Below are positions 1-9,648 of a stretch of 64,000 nucleotides of DNA, piece by piece. A program made the translations under genes and the position numbers. Source of the stretch: Aquificaceae bacterium. GTDB taxonomy: Bacteria > Aquificota > Aquificia > Aquificales > Aquificaceae. Each line of letters opens with the position of its first letter. The first letter of the stretch is position 1. The notes beneath the pieces were generated by a model. The model saw only the letters and a list, made by a program, of their open reading frames with translations, was not told where the DNA came from and searched no databases. The stretch covers positions 128,001 through 192,000 of the forward strand of contig JAXSNR010000001.1 of assembly GCA_037925075.1 (NCBI GenBank), given 5' to 3'.

Positions 1-2
1 TG

Positions 3-92
3 GTGGTCAAGGGCACCTTTCTCTTAGATTCTGAGGCACAGCTTAGAGGTTTATATGGACAGGAGGTAAAGGCTCATGAGCACCATCACTAA
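3..92 (+). CDS. C-terminal fragment of a CusB-like RND efflux periplasmic adaptor (5' partial)
   Basis: Frame 3 reads VVKGTFLLDSEAQLRGLYGQEVKAHEHHH-stop, resembling the CusB C-terminal FLxDSE motif with a His-rich tail; lies upstream of cusA. Confidence 0.7.
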   Translation: MVKGTFLLDSEAQLRGLYGQEVKAHEHHH

Positions 93-93
93 A

Positions 94-189
94 CTACTTT
101 TTACCCATAAACTTCCCATAAAGAAAAAGAAGGTACACAAGAAAAAGGGTGAAGAGAAAAAGCAAAAGGAAATACAGGAAAACATCCAT
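94..189 (-). CDS. Possible 31-aa single-TM small protein
   Basis: MDVFLYFLLLFLFTLFLVYLLFLYGKFMGKK fills the intergenic gap; hydrophobic with a basic tail; no SD visible. Confidence 0.25.
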   Translation of the reverse strand: MDVFLYFLLLFLFTLFLVYLLFLYGKFMGKK

Positions 190-215
190 AGGAAAAATTA
201 TAAGGAGGTGCTTCC

Positions 216-590
216 ATGAGAAAGTTTGTGCTTTTGGTTCTTCTTTCTGGCTTTTGTGCTTTTGCTTCTGAGATAACCGCTTATTACAGCCCAAGCTGTG
301 CCTGTTGTAGCAGGTACTTTTCAAAGTTAGAAAAGGAGGGGTTCAAGGTCAAAAGGGTAGAGGTAAGCCCAGATAAACTTATGGAGATAAAGAGCCAGCT
401 CTCTGTCCCTCCACAGCTCAGGTCCTGCCATACCATGGTTTATGAAAACAGGTTTATAGAGGGGCATGTGCTCCCAGAAGGTGTAAGGAAGGTATTAAAG
501 GATAAAAGCCTAAGGGGTGTAGCCTCCACTCACGGCAAAGCCAGTGCCATGGGAGGCTATGAGAAACATTACGAAATTGTAAGGAGGTAG
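216..590 (+). CDS. DUF411 (CopG-like) periplasmic metal-binding protein
   Basis: Signal peptide, SPSCACC, SCHT and IEGHV motifs; AGGAGG SD. Confidence 0.85.
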   Translation: MRKFVLLVLLSGFCAFASEITAYYSPSCACCSRYFSKLEKEGFKVKRVEVSPDKLMEIKSQLSVPPQLRSCHTMVYENRFIEGHVLPEGVRKVLKDKSLRGVASTHGKASAMGGYEKHYEIVRR

Positions 591-594
591 AGCC

Positions 595-1047
595 ATGAGA
601 AGATTCTTCTTGTCAGCCCTTCTTTTAGCCATGCCACTGCTTGCCCTTCCACAACCCAAAGAACCACCAAGGGGTGAGCGATGTGTAGTATGCGGTATGG
701 ATGTAAGCATAGACCCAAGGCTTACAGCACAGGTGAAGCTAAAGGACGGCTTATACAAGTATGCGGAATCTCCAAAGCACATTCTCAGGTACTACCTTGA
801 AAACAGAGAAAAGATTGCGGAGCTTTGGGTAAAAGACTACAAAAGCGGTAAGTGGATAGAGGGCACAAAAGCCTTTTACGTTCCCATAAAGGAAGGACCT
901 ATGGGCTATGACCTTGTGCCCTTCAGAAGCAGGCTTGACGCTCAAGAGTTTGCCAAAAGTCCAAAGTCCGCAAAGAACAGGGTTTACCAGTTTAAAGAAA
1001 TAGACAAGGTCTTTATAGAACACCTTGAAATGGGACATGTTCATTAA
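595..1047 (+). CDS. NosL-family copper-binding periplasmic protein
   Basis: Signal peptide, CVVCGM, WIEGTKAFYV and GPMG motifs typical of NosL. Confidence 0.8.
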   Translation: MRRFFLSALLLAMPLLALPQPKEPPRGERCVVCGMDVSIDPRLTAQVKLKDGLYKYAESPKHILRYYLENREKIAELWVKDYKSGKWIEGTKAFYVPIKEGPMGYDLVPFRSRLDAQEFAKSPKSAKNRVYQFKEIDKVFIEHLEMGHVH

Positions 1048-1063
1048 AGGGCTTGGAGTTTAA

Positions 1064-4000
1064 ATGAAAGGCTTTGTGGAGCTTCTGTTAAAATACAGGC
1101 TTATCACACTTATATTTATTGCTTTCCTGTTTCTTTATGGATTTCATAGCCTAAGGAAAACCCCCATAGACGCCCTTCCAGACCTTACGGATACGCAGGT
1201 AATCCTTTATTCTGAGTGGATGGGTCAGTCTCCTCAGGTGATTGAAAACCAGCTAACCTACCCCCTTAGCTCCACCATGTTGGGATTGCCAAAGGTTAAA
1301 GCTGTAAGGGGCTACTCGGTGCCTAACTACTCTCTGGTTTATGTGATCTTTGAAGATGGCACAGACCTTTACTGGGCTCGCTCAAGGGTGCTTGAAAAGC
1401 TCTCTTCCATAAGAAGCCAACTACCCTCTCAGGCAAGAGTAGAGCTCGGACCCGATGCGACAGGTCTTGGGTGGGTATATCAGTATGTACTCTACTCTGA
1501 AAAGAGAAGCCTTGAGGAGCTTTGGAGCCTTCAGAACTTTTACATAAGGTATGCACTTCTCTCCGTGCCAAACGTGGCGGAAGTGGCAAGTGTTGGTGGC
1601 TTTGAAAAAGAGTACAGGATAATTCTCAGACCTGAGCATCTTATACACTACGGGCTTTCTCTTGAGGATGTGGCAAAGGCCATTTCGGGTTCAAACCTTG
1701 AAAGGGGTGGCAAGTACTTGGAGCTAAACGGGAGGGAGTTTCTCATAAGGGCAAGGGGTTATGTGGAAGAAAAAGAAGACATAGAAAGGGCGGTCATAAA
1801 GGAGGTGAGGGGTATTCCCGTGAGGGTAGGGGATGTGGCAAAGGTGGTAGAAACTCCAGCTTTCAGAATGGGAACCGCAGATTACAAGGGCATGGGCAAC
1901 ACTGTAGGTGGCATAGTGGTAATGCGGTACGGTGCGGACGCATACAAAACCATACAGGAGGTCAAAAGGAAGCTGGAAGATGTAAAAAGAGGACTTCCAG
2001 AAGATGTAAAGATAATCCCAGTCTATGACAGGTCTGGGTTGATAGAGGATGCCATAAAACACCTTTGGAGGGTACTCCTTGAAGAATCGGTGGTGGTTGT
2101 GCTTGTTATAGGGCTTTTCCTTCTTAACCTTTTGCTAAGCTTTGCCATTGTTGTTTTCCTTGTGCTTTCTCTCCTTGGCACCTTTATCCTCATGAACCAT
2201 ATGGGCGTTAGCTCCAACATCATGTCTCTTGGTGGCATAGCTATAGCCATAGGGACTATGGTGGATGCGGGCATAGTGCTCGTGGAAGCCTTCTCAAGAA
2301 AGAGGGAGGAGGGTAAGGATTTAAAGACCGCCATAGTGGAATCCATCTCTGAGGTGGGAAAGCCCATATTCTTTGCCTTGCTTGTGGTGGCGGTTTCCTT
2401 TGTCCCCATGTTGGCATTGAAAGCCCAGGCTGGCAGGCTCTTCACACCTTTGGTTATAACCAAAACCTTAGCCATGTTGGTGGCTTCTCTTCTTACACTT
2501 GTCCTTTTCCCTACGTTTCTTTATTACCTTGGCAAAGGAAGGATCCTTCCCGAGGAGAAAAACCCCATCGTAAGGCTTTTAATAAGGCTCTACAGCCCCC
2601 TATTCCATCTTTCCATAAGGCTTAGGTATGCACTCTTGGTGCTTGCCCTCCTATCTATGCCCACTTCCTATCTCCTTTACAAAAACATAGGCAGGGAATT
2701 TATGCCGGACCTCAAAGAGGGTGCCCTTCTCTACATGCCCATAACCGCTCCCGGCATTTCCATACAGGAAGCCCAAAGGCTACTCATCCTCCAAGACAGG
2801 ATAATAGGTAGCTTTCCTGAGGTTGAAAGTGTTTTCGGAAAGGCGGGAAGGGCAAACACTCCCACAGACCCAGCCCCCCTCTCCATGATAGAAACCACCA
2901 TAGTGTTAAAGCCCCAAAGCCAATGGAGGGAGGGAATGACCTACGAAAGGCTTATATCAGAGCTTGATAAGGCTCTGCAGTTTCCGGGTGTGGTAAACAG
3001 CTGGACTATGCCCATAAAGGGCAGGATTGATATGATTACCACCGGTATAAGGACACCGCTGGGTATAAAGGTCTATGGCAAGGACCTTGAGGAGATTTCA
3101 AGGGTGCTTGAAGAAATGGAAGATGCCCTTAAGGGTCTGGAGGGTGTTATGAGCCTTTATGCGGAGAGGATAGGGGGTGCCACCTACTTGGAGATAATTC
3201 CCATAAGGGAAAGGTTAAGCCTTTACGGTATAAGGCTTGAGGAGCTAACTTCTACCATAGAAACCCTATTAGCCAACAGCCCAATCTCCCTTTATGTGTC
3301 AGGTAGAGAAAGATACAGCATCACCCTTGGAGTTCCCAGAGACTACAGAGAAGACCTTGAAAACCTCATGCTACCCTTGAGGGATAAGCTTGTTCCACTT
3401 AGGGCAGTGGCGGAAGTTAGAAGAGTAGAAGGTCCCATGGAGATAAAGTCAGAAAAGGGTATGCTTGTGGCTTACTTGTATATAACACCAAAGCCCGGCA
3501 TGGACCTTCTGAGGATAATACAGGAGGGGGAAAAGAGGATAAGGGAAAGGGTAAGCCTGCCTGCGGGATACTATTACGAATGGAGTGGGCAGTTTGAATA
3601 CTACAAGGAGGCTATGGAAGACCTTAAGATAATCGTACCTTTGGTGCTTTTGAGCATAGTGCTTTTGGTCTATCTCAGCCTTGGCAAGCTCTTTGAAACC
3701 CTTCTGGTTCTTTTTATCCTTCCCTCTTCCTTGCTTGGGGGCTTCCTTCTCATGTATCTCTTTGACTACAAGCTTTCCATAGCCTCAATAGCTGGTTTTC
3801 TTGCCCTTCTTGGCATTGCGGCGGAGATGGGTATAGTGATGGTGGTGTATATAATGAAAGCTCTTGAAGAAAGAAGAGAAAAGAGCTTTGAAGATGCCAT
3901 ATATGAGGGGGCGGTAAAAAGGATAAGGCCAAAGAGCATGACCATGCTTACAATAGTGGTTGGACTTGTGCCTGCGGTTTATTTACAGGGGGTAGGTGCT

Positions 4001-4102
4001 GAGGTGATCTCGCGTATAGCCCTTCCCATGCTTGGTGGTGTGGTTTCTTCCTTTTTAACAGCCCTTTTCTTAGTGCCTGCACTTTATACTTTTAAAAGAT
4101 GA
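1064..4102 (+). CDS. cusA: CusA/CzcA heavy-metal efflux RND permease
   Basis: 1012 aa; IDALPDL, LGPDATGLGWVYQY, DPAPLSMIET and RIRPKSMT motifs of the CusA subfamily. Confidence 0.92.
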   Translation: MKGFVELLLKYRLITLIFIAFLFLYGFHSLRKTPIDALPDLTDTQVILYSEWMGQSPQVIENQLTYPLSSTMLGLPKVKAVRGYSVPNYSLVYVIFEDGTDLYWARSRVLEKLSSIRSQLPSQARVELGPDATGLGWVYQYVLYSEKRSLEELWSLQNFYIRYALLSVPNVAEVASVGGFEKEYRIILRPEHLIHYGLSLEDVAKAISGSNLERGGKYLELNGREFLIRARGYVEEKEDIERAVIKEVRGIPVRVGDVAKVVETPAFRMGTADYKGMGNTVGGIVVMRYGADAYKTIQEVKRKLEDVKRGLPEDVKIIPVYDRSGLIEDAIKHLWRVLLEESVVVVLVIGLFLLNLLLSFAIVVFLVLSLLGTFILMNHMGVSSNIMSLGGIAIAIGTMVDAGIVLVEAFSRKREEGKDLKTAIVESISEVGKPIFFALLVVAVSFVPMLALKAQAGRLFTPLVITKTLAMLVASLLTLVLFPTFLYYLGKGRILPEEKNPIVRLLIRLYSPLFHLSIRLRYALLVLALLSMPTSYLLYKNIGREFMPDLKEGALLYMPITAPGISIQEAQRLLILQDRIIGSFPEVESVFGKAGRANTPTDPAPLSMIETTIVLKPQSQWREGMTYERLISELDKALQFPGVVNSWTMPIKGRIDMITTGIRTPLGIKVYGKDLEEISRVLEEMEDALKGLEGVMSLYAERIGGATYLEIIPIRERLSLYGIRLEELTSTIETLLANSPISLYVSGRERYSITLGVPRDYREDLENLMLPLRDKLVPLRAVAEVRRVEGPMEIKSEKGMLVAYLYITPKPGMDLLRIIQEGEKRIRERVSLPAGYYYEWSGQFEYYKEAMEDLKIIVPLVLLSIVLLVYLSLGKLFETLLVLFILPSSLLGGFLLMYLFDYKLSIASIAGFLALLGIAAEMGIVMVVYIMKALEERREKSFEDAIYEGAVKRIRPKSMTMLTIVVGLVPAVYLQGVGAEVISRIALPMLGGVVSSFLTALFLVPALYTFKR

Positions 4103-4311
4103 AGGGCAAGGACTTTCTTGCGTTGACCGTGGGCTTTAATCTGCTGGGTGGTATAATAGCAGGTCTTATTGTGGGTTATGCCTTTGACAAGTGGCTAATG
4201 GATGGCGTCTTTGGCTTGAAAACCTTCCCCTTTGGAATGCTCTTTTTCTTCTTCGTGGGCATCATCTCTGGCTTTTGGAATGCCTACAAGGACCTGAAAA
4301 GAATTGACTGA
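4099..4311 (+). CDS. AtpZ/AtpI-family (ATPase gene 1-like) small membrane protein
   Basis: Two TM segments, GLIVGYAFDKW and GIISGFWNAYK pattern; ATGA overlap with the cusA stop. Confidence 0.7.
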   Translation: MKGKDFLALTVGFNLLGGIIAGLIVGYAFDKWLMDGVFGLKTFPFGMLFFFFVGIISGFWNAYKDLKRID

Positions 4312-4684
4312 GGCTTTCCCTTATCTCTTTTGGAATGGAAACTATTTTCTTTTCCTTTAGGATACAGTGTCTTGTGTTGGCTTTGGCCTTAAGCTCTGTG
4401 TTTGTTTCTAACAGGTATTCAAAGGAAAAGGTAAAGCGGTCTAAATGGGATATATTTACATGGACTCTAAACTCTTCGTCATACACCAAGGGCTTTAGAA
4501 ACTCACAGCTTGCGGAAAGAAGAACCACTTCAAGACCCTTCTGCCTCAGGCTTGAGTAAGGAAATCCAAGAGAACGCAAAAGCTCACCACGAGCCTCTTC
4601 AAGATATTTAAAGTAGTTAGAATGGTGCACTATGCTCTGAGCGTCCGTCTCATAGAACTGAACCCGCCTGACGTAAGAAAACAC
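4262..4684 (-). CDS. YbgC/FadM-family acyl-CoA thioesterase
   Basis: RVQFYETDAQSIVHHSNYFKYLEEAR hot-dog-fold motif. Confidence 0.85.
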   Translation of the reverse strand: MFSYVRRVQFYETDAQSIVHHSNYFKYLEEARGELLRSLGFPYSSLRQKGLEVVLLSASCEFLKPLVYDEEFRVHVNISHLDRFTFSFEYLLETNTELKAKANTRHCILKEKKIVSIPKEIRESLSQFFSGPCRHSKSQR

Positions 4685-4693
4685 AGAACTATT

Positions 4694-5512
4694 TTATCCA
4701 AACCTTCCCGTTATGTAGTCTTCTGTAAGCTTTTTATCTGGTTTTGTAAAGATTTTTTCGGTGGGACCAAACTCCACAAGCTCGCCAAGGTACATAAAGG
4801 CGGTGTAATCTGAGATCCTCGCAGCCTGTTGCATATTATGGGTAACTATCACTATGGTAACCCTTTGCTTTAGATCAACTATTAGGTCCTCAATCTTTGC
4901 GGTGGATATGGGGTCAAGGGCAGAGGTAGGCTCGTCAAAAAGAAGCACCTCAGGCTCCACCGCTATAGCCCTTGCTATGCAAAGCCTTTGCTGTTGTCCC
5001 CCGGAAAGGGAGTAGGCGTTGGCATTAAGCCTGTCCTTTACCTCATCCCACAGGGCAGAACCCACAAGGGCTTTTTCTACCGCCTCGTCAATGAGCCTTT
5101 TGTTTTTTATACCCCTTATCTTAAGCCCGTAGGCTACATTTTCGTATATGCTCTTTGGGAAAGGGTTGGGCTTTTGGAAGACCATACCTATACGCATCCT
5201 GACTTTAAGTGGGTCCGTTTTGGAATCTACGAGGTTTATACCCTCCGGGTACATGATTATTTCGCCTTCATAACGAGCTCCCGGATAGAGGTCATGCATA
5301 CGGTTAAAAGCTCTCAGAAGCGTAGTCTTTCCACAGCCAGAAGGTCCAATTATGGCGGTCACTCTCTTTTCGTATATGGGAAAGTTTATGTTCTTGAGGG
5401 CATGAAAGCTACCGTAGTAGAAGTTAAAACCCTTTACTTCAAGCTTAACCTTGGAAGAGCCTAAGTCTTGCATTACCTTTCTCTCCTCTAACATTTTAGC
5501 AGGATTTACCAT
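4694..5512 (-). CDS. pstB: Phosphate ABC transporter ATP-binding protein
   Basis: [42 protein letters not shown]-terminus. Confidence 0.97.
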   Translation of the reverse strand: MVNPAKMLEERKVMQDLGSSKVKLEVKGFNFYYGSFHALKNINFPIYEKRVTAIIGPSGCGKTTLLRAFNRMHDLYPGARYEGEIIMYPEGINLVDSKTDPLKVRMRIGMVFQKPNPFPKSIYENVAYGLKIRGIKNKRLIDEAVEKALVGSALWDEVKDRLNANAYSLSGGQQQRLCIARAIAVEPEVLLFDEPTSALDPISTAKIEDLIVDLKQRVTIVIVTHNMQQAARISDYTAFMYLGELVEFGPTEKIFTKPDKKLTEDYITGRFG

Positions 5513-6438
5513 TGATATTTCCTCCTTACCTTAAACCTCAAATAGAAGGCGACAGAGTTCATAAGCAGGGCTATCACAAGCAGGACAAAGCCAGCGGCGG
5601 CGGCGTTATAGTGGAATTCTTCCTGGGGCCTTGAAACCCAGTTAAACATCTGTATGGGAAGAACCGTAAAGGGGGATTTTAGCATGCCTACAAAGTCTTC
5701 CCAAGGTGCTGGTGGAAGAAAGGCTATAAAGGTCAAAGCACCCACGGTGATAAGGGGAGCGGTTTCTCCTATGGCTCTTGAGGCGGCTATTATAAGACCT
5801 GTAAGTATGCCACCAAGGGAGTAGGGTAGTATGTGATGGAAAAGGGTTTCCCACCTTGTGGCTCCGAGGGCATAGGCAGCTTCTCGGATGGAGCGGGGGA
5901 TTCTTCTTATGGCTTCTCTTGTAGAAACAACCACCACGGGTAGCATCAAAAGTCCAAGTGTAAGCCCCGCGGTAAGTACGCTTTCGCCAAACTCAAACCT
6001 GTAGACAAAGATTCCAAGAGCCAGCAAGCCATACACTATGGATGGAACCGCGGCAAGGTTTGATATGTTTGCTTCTATTATCCTTGCTATCCTTCCCTTG
6101 CCTCCGTATTCTTCAAGGTATATGCCCGCAGGGATTCCAAGCACCACAGCCCAAAATATGGCTCCAAGCATAACATAAACAGTTCCAACCCACGAAGACA
6201 GTATTCCAGCCTCTTCAGGAAATCTTGAAGGATAGGAGGTATAAAACTTTGGGTCCTTTATCCTATGCCAGCCATCTATAAGGAGGTCCAAGGCTATGGC
6301 AAACAGGAAAAGGAGGATAAACAGGGTCGCCACTATACCCAAGACTTCAAAGAGCTTATCTTTTCTTCTTACACTCTTCGTGTAGCCTTCTGCGTCAAAC
6401 TCTCTTAGTCTTACTTCTAACTCTTCTCTAACTTCCAT
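5506..6438 (-). CDS. pstA: Phosphate ABC transporter permease
   Basis: [32 protein letters not shown]; operon position. Confidence 0.95.
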   Translation of the reverse strand: MEVREELEVRLREFDAEGYTKSVRRKDKLFEVLGIVATLFILLFLFAIALDLLIDGWHRIKDPKFYTSYPSRFPEEAGILSSWVGTVYVMLGAIFWAVVLGIPAGIYLEEYGGKGRIARIIEANISNLAAVPSIVYGLLALGIFVYRFEFGESVLTAGLTLGLLMLPVVVVSTREAIRRIPRSIREAAYALGATRWETLFHHILPYSLGGILTGLIIAASRAIGETAPLITVGALTFIAFLPPAPWEDFVGMLKSPFTVLPIQMFNWVSRPQEEFHYNAAAAGFVLLVIALLMNSVAFYLRFKVRRKYQW

Positions 6439-6439
6439 G

Positions 6440-7363
6440 TTAGTAGCCTACCGCTTTGGATTTTAGATAAACCGCTATGGAATTCAGCACGAGGGTGATA
6501 ACAAAGAGCATAAAGCCTGCGGCAAATATGGACAGATACTCAAAGGAGCCAAAGGGCAAGTCCCCAAGGGCTACCTGAACTATGTATCCCGTCACGGTCT
6601 GTATAGGTTCCAATGGGTTGGCGGTTATCTGAGGGTACATACCCGCAGCCACAGCCACCACCATAGTTTCTCCTATCGCCCTTGAAAAACCAAGAAGGTA
6701 TGCGGAAAGCACACCAGACTTTGCAGCAGGAAGAACTACAAAAAGAGCGGTTCTAAGCTTTGAAGCTCCCAAAGAATAGGATGCCTCCCTTAGGTACTGG
6801 GGAACTCCCTTAAAGGCGTCCTCTATCATGGAGGCGGTAAAGGGTAGTATCATTATACCTATGACTATGCCCGGAGAAAGGGCATTCATACCTTCCATGT
6901 ATATACCAAAGGGTGAAAAGAATTTTTGAAGGATGGGAGTAATAAAAAGAAGAGCAAAGTAGCCATAAACCACCGTAGGCACAGCCTCAAGAAAATCAAG
7001 CCAAGGTTTTACCGTTTCTCTGACCTTCCAACTGGCATACTCGCTAAGGTAAATAGCTATGATTATCCCAAGGGGTATAGAAACCAACATGGATATGAAG
7101 GCTATCATAAGGGTGCCATTTAATAGGGGCCATATGCCTATCTGCTTGTCATAAAAGGTAGGGGTCCATTGGGTTTCCGTGAAGAACCTTATGAGAGATG
7201 TGGGAAAGCCACCCCCATCGGGGTGGGTGAAGAATCTTATGGTATCTATAAGCAAAACCCATACTATGGCAAAGGTGACAAAGATGGACACAGCCCCCAT
7301 TAGCATTAGGAATACATAAAGGGCTGTGTCTATAAACTTTTTAACACCAAGAGAGAGGGTCAT
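6440..7363 (-). CDS. pstC: Phosphate ABC transporter permease
   Basis: AIYLSEYA, VPTVVYG, SRAIGETMVV; operon position. Confidence 0.95.
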   Translation of the reverse strand: MTLSLGVKKFIDTALYVFLMLMGAVSIFVTFAIVWVLLIDTIRFFTHPDGGGFPTSLIRFFTETQWTPTFYDKQIGIWPLLNGTLMIAFISMLVSIPLGIIIAIYLSEYASWKVRETVKPWLDFLEAVPTVVYGYFALLFITPILQKFFSPFGIYMEGMNALSPGIVIGIMILPFTASMIEDAFKGVPQYLREASYSLGASKLRTALFVVLPAAKSGVLSAYLLGFSRAIGETMVVAVAAGMYPQITANPLEPIQTVTGYIVQVALGDLPFGSFEYLSIFAAGFMLFVITLVLNSIAVYLKSKAVGY

Positions 7364-8364
7364 TGCTTGGCTTCCCTCTTAAGGAGTTCTTCTATGGTGA
7401 GACCAACTTCTGGCTCACCACCAAAAACTGTACCGAGCACTCTTTTCTTGAACCTCTCTTCTGTAAGCTTGTAGGCCTTGTCTGGCAGAGCTATGTAGCC
7501 CACCTGTTTGGCTATCTTGCCTGCGTTTTTGAGATAAAACTCTACAAACTCCTTAAGCTCAGGCCTTTCTTCCAACCTTTTGGCGTTTACGTATATGAAA
7601 AGTGGTCTAGAAAGAGGCTGATATGTGCCGTTCTGTACAGTTTGGTAAGAAGGTGCCACGCACTGGCCGGTCTTAGGGTTCTTTATCTGCACAGCCTTTA
7701 TCTTGCCTTTGTTCTCTTCCACGTATGCAAGTCCAAAGTAGCAAAGGGCTCCCTTTTCCCTTTGGGCAAACTGTACAAGCACGTTATCGTCTTCAGAGGC
7801 AAGGTAGTCTCCCCTGGAAGCTTTTGACTTTCCTGTTACTGCCTCTGTAAAGTAGTCAAAGGTTCCAGAGTCAGAACCGGGACCGCAAAGCTTTATCTCT
7901 ACCTTGGGCCAGTTAGGATCAAGGTCAGACCACATAAACTTCTTGCCTTGAGATTCTGGCTTCCAGATCTCTCTAAGCTGTTCTACGGTCATGCAGGTGG
8001 CCCAGTTGTTTCTGGGATTTACCACAACGGAAAGTCCGTCATAAGCGACAGGAAGCTCAATGTACTGGATACCGTTTTTCCTGCACTCCTCCATCTCCTT
8101 TGCCAGTATGGGCCTTGAAGCGTCGGATATGTCGGTTTCGCCCCTGCAGAACTTCTTAAAGCCACCACCAGTTCCGGAGATACCCACCGTGACCTTTACC
8201 GCACTCTTTTTTGCCTTTTGGAACTCCTCCGCCACACCCTCTGTGATTGGGTAAACGGTGGAAGAGCCGTCAATCTTGATTACCTGCTGTGCCTTTGCAG
8301 GCACGGACATGAGAGTCAAAGCTCCCACAGAAAGGACCGCGGTCTTGAGCATCCTTTTTCTCAT
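7360..8364 (-). CDS. pstS: Phosphate ABC transporter substrate-binding protein
   Basis: Signal peptide, [40 protein letters not shown]. Confidence 0.96.
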   Translation of the reverse strand: MRKRMLKTAVLSVGALTLMSVPAKAQQVIKIDGSSTVYPITEGVAEEFQKAKKSAVKVTVGISGTGGGFKKFCRGETDISDASRPILAKEMEECRKNGIQYIELPVAYDGLSVVVNPRNNWATCMTVEQLREIWKPESQGKKFMWSDLDPNWPKVEIKLCGPGSDSGTFDYFTEAVTGKSKASRGDYLASEDDNVLVQFAQREKGALCYFGLAYVEENKGKIKAVQIKNPKTGQCVAPSYQTVQNGTYQPLSRPLFIYVNAKRLEERPELKEFVEFYLKNAGKIAKQVGYIALPDKAYKLTEERFKKRVLGTVFGGEPEVGLTIEELLKREAKQ

Positions 8365-8393
8365 TATAGCACCTCCTTAAGGATTTTGTTATA

Positions 8394-8427
8394 AGTTTAC
8401 AGGTCAATTGTTAAGATTTCGTTAAGA
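8394..8427 (-). promoter_or_regulatory. Putative Pho box plus -10 element of pstSCAB
   Basis: Minus strand TCTTAAC-GAAA-TCTTAAC (8427-8410), 10-nt spacer AATTGACCTG, then TAAACT; same geometry at four other promoters. Confidence 0.8.
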
Positions 8428-8706
8428 TACTCCGCGATAGGACTTTGCCCTTAGTGCAATTTCCTAACCGTTCAAGAGTTTTTGAATGATTGGCATAAAG
8501 GTTTATGGGAGTTATGACTACCAAATTTCTAAAGGCATACATGCTAAAGTCAATAATGCCACAGCCCCCATTATTATCGCTTCCGCCAAGGCATGTGGAA
8601 CAACATGCACCTTACCTATAATACTCTCTTTCACTAACGCCAAGCCTCTTGACCTTATAACTTTAAAATACTAAATTAATCCAATAAAGCACCGGGGGAG
8701 TTAAAA

Positions 8707-9648
8707 ATGAAGTTGAAAAACTTCTTTCTATTTCTAATTTTAGCCACCATGCTTTTGAATTTAGCACCCTCTTATGCACAGCAAGATGTACCTGGAAGCA
8801 AAGACCATCCAATCATTTCAAGATATCCTGGTTCTTATATATATCAATACGACCAGAAAGAGTTTGATGAATTTGAGATTCTTTTGAGTTCCACAAAAAT
8901 GTATCAAGGTGAGGATTATGTAAAGCGGGCAAAAAGAGAAAGGATTGAGGGAAAGGTCACAAGGATTGGATATCAAGCACCTAAAAATAGAAGTGTACTT
9001 GAGGTTTTTAAGAACTATGAAGAGGCAATCAAAAGGGCAAATTTTGATATACTTTATTCCGCAAGTGGAAAGGACCTCTCTATTAATGATTTTCTCAATC
9101 GTTATTTTACATTCCGTCCCGGCTGGAGTGAAGGTAAAAGTTTTTACTTATCTGCAAAAGATAGAACAGGAAATGTAATAATTTCAGTATGTGTGTTGCC
9201 CGGGTGGGATGGCCCAGTTGTACTTTTAGGAATTGTTGAAAAAAAGAGAATGGAAACGGGACTTATCACAGCTAAGGATATATACGAAAGAATAAAAAGT
9301 GAGGGGAAAGTGGCAATATATGGAATATACTTTGATTTTAACAAGGCGGATATAAAACCTGAATCAAAACCAACCATTGAGGAGATAGCAAAGTTTTTAA
9401 AAGAGCATCTTGAGATAAAGCTATACGTTGCAGGACATACGGATAATATAGGGAAGCTTGAATACAATATGGAACTTTCTAAGAGAAGGGCTGAGGCGGT
9501 GGTTAAGGAACTGACAGAAAAGTACGGTATAGCGAAGGATAGATTAAAACCCTTTGGGGTTGGACCTCTTGCACCAGTTTCAACAAACAAAACAGAGGAA
9601 GGAAGAGCAAAAAATAGAAGAGTTGAACTTGTGGAGGCAGGAGAATGA
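8707..9648 (+). CDS. OmpA-family protein with DUF4892-like N-terminal domain
   Basis: Signal peptide, DHPIISRYPGS; C-terminal IYFDFNKA, GHTDNIG..YNMELSKRRAEAV, NRRVELV peptidoglycan-binding domain. Confidence 0.88.
   Translation: MKLKNFFLFLILATMLLNLAPSYAQQDVPGSKDHPIISRYPGSYIYQYDQKEFDEFEILLSSTKMYQGEDYVKRAKRERIEGKVTRIGYQAPKNRSVLEVFKNYEEAIKRANFDILYSASGKDLSINDFLNRYFTFRPGWSEGKSFYLSAKDRTGNVIISVCVLPGWDGPVVLLGIVEKKRMETGLITAKDIYERIKSEGKVAIYGIYFDFNKADIKPESKPTIEEIAKFLKEHLEIKLYVAGHTDNIGKLEYNMELSKRRAEAVVKELTEKYGIAKDRLKPFGVGPLAPVSTNKTEEGRAKNRRVELVEAGE

Noticed and set aside
8486..8674. 62-aa plus-strand ORF
   Set aside because: No SD or recognisable motif; reads like the antisense shadow of a minus-strand hydrophobic remnant.
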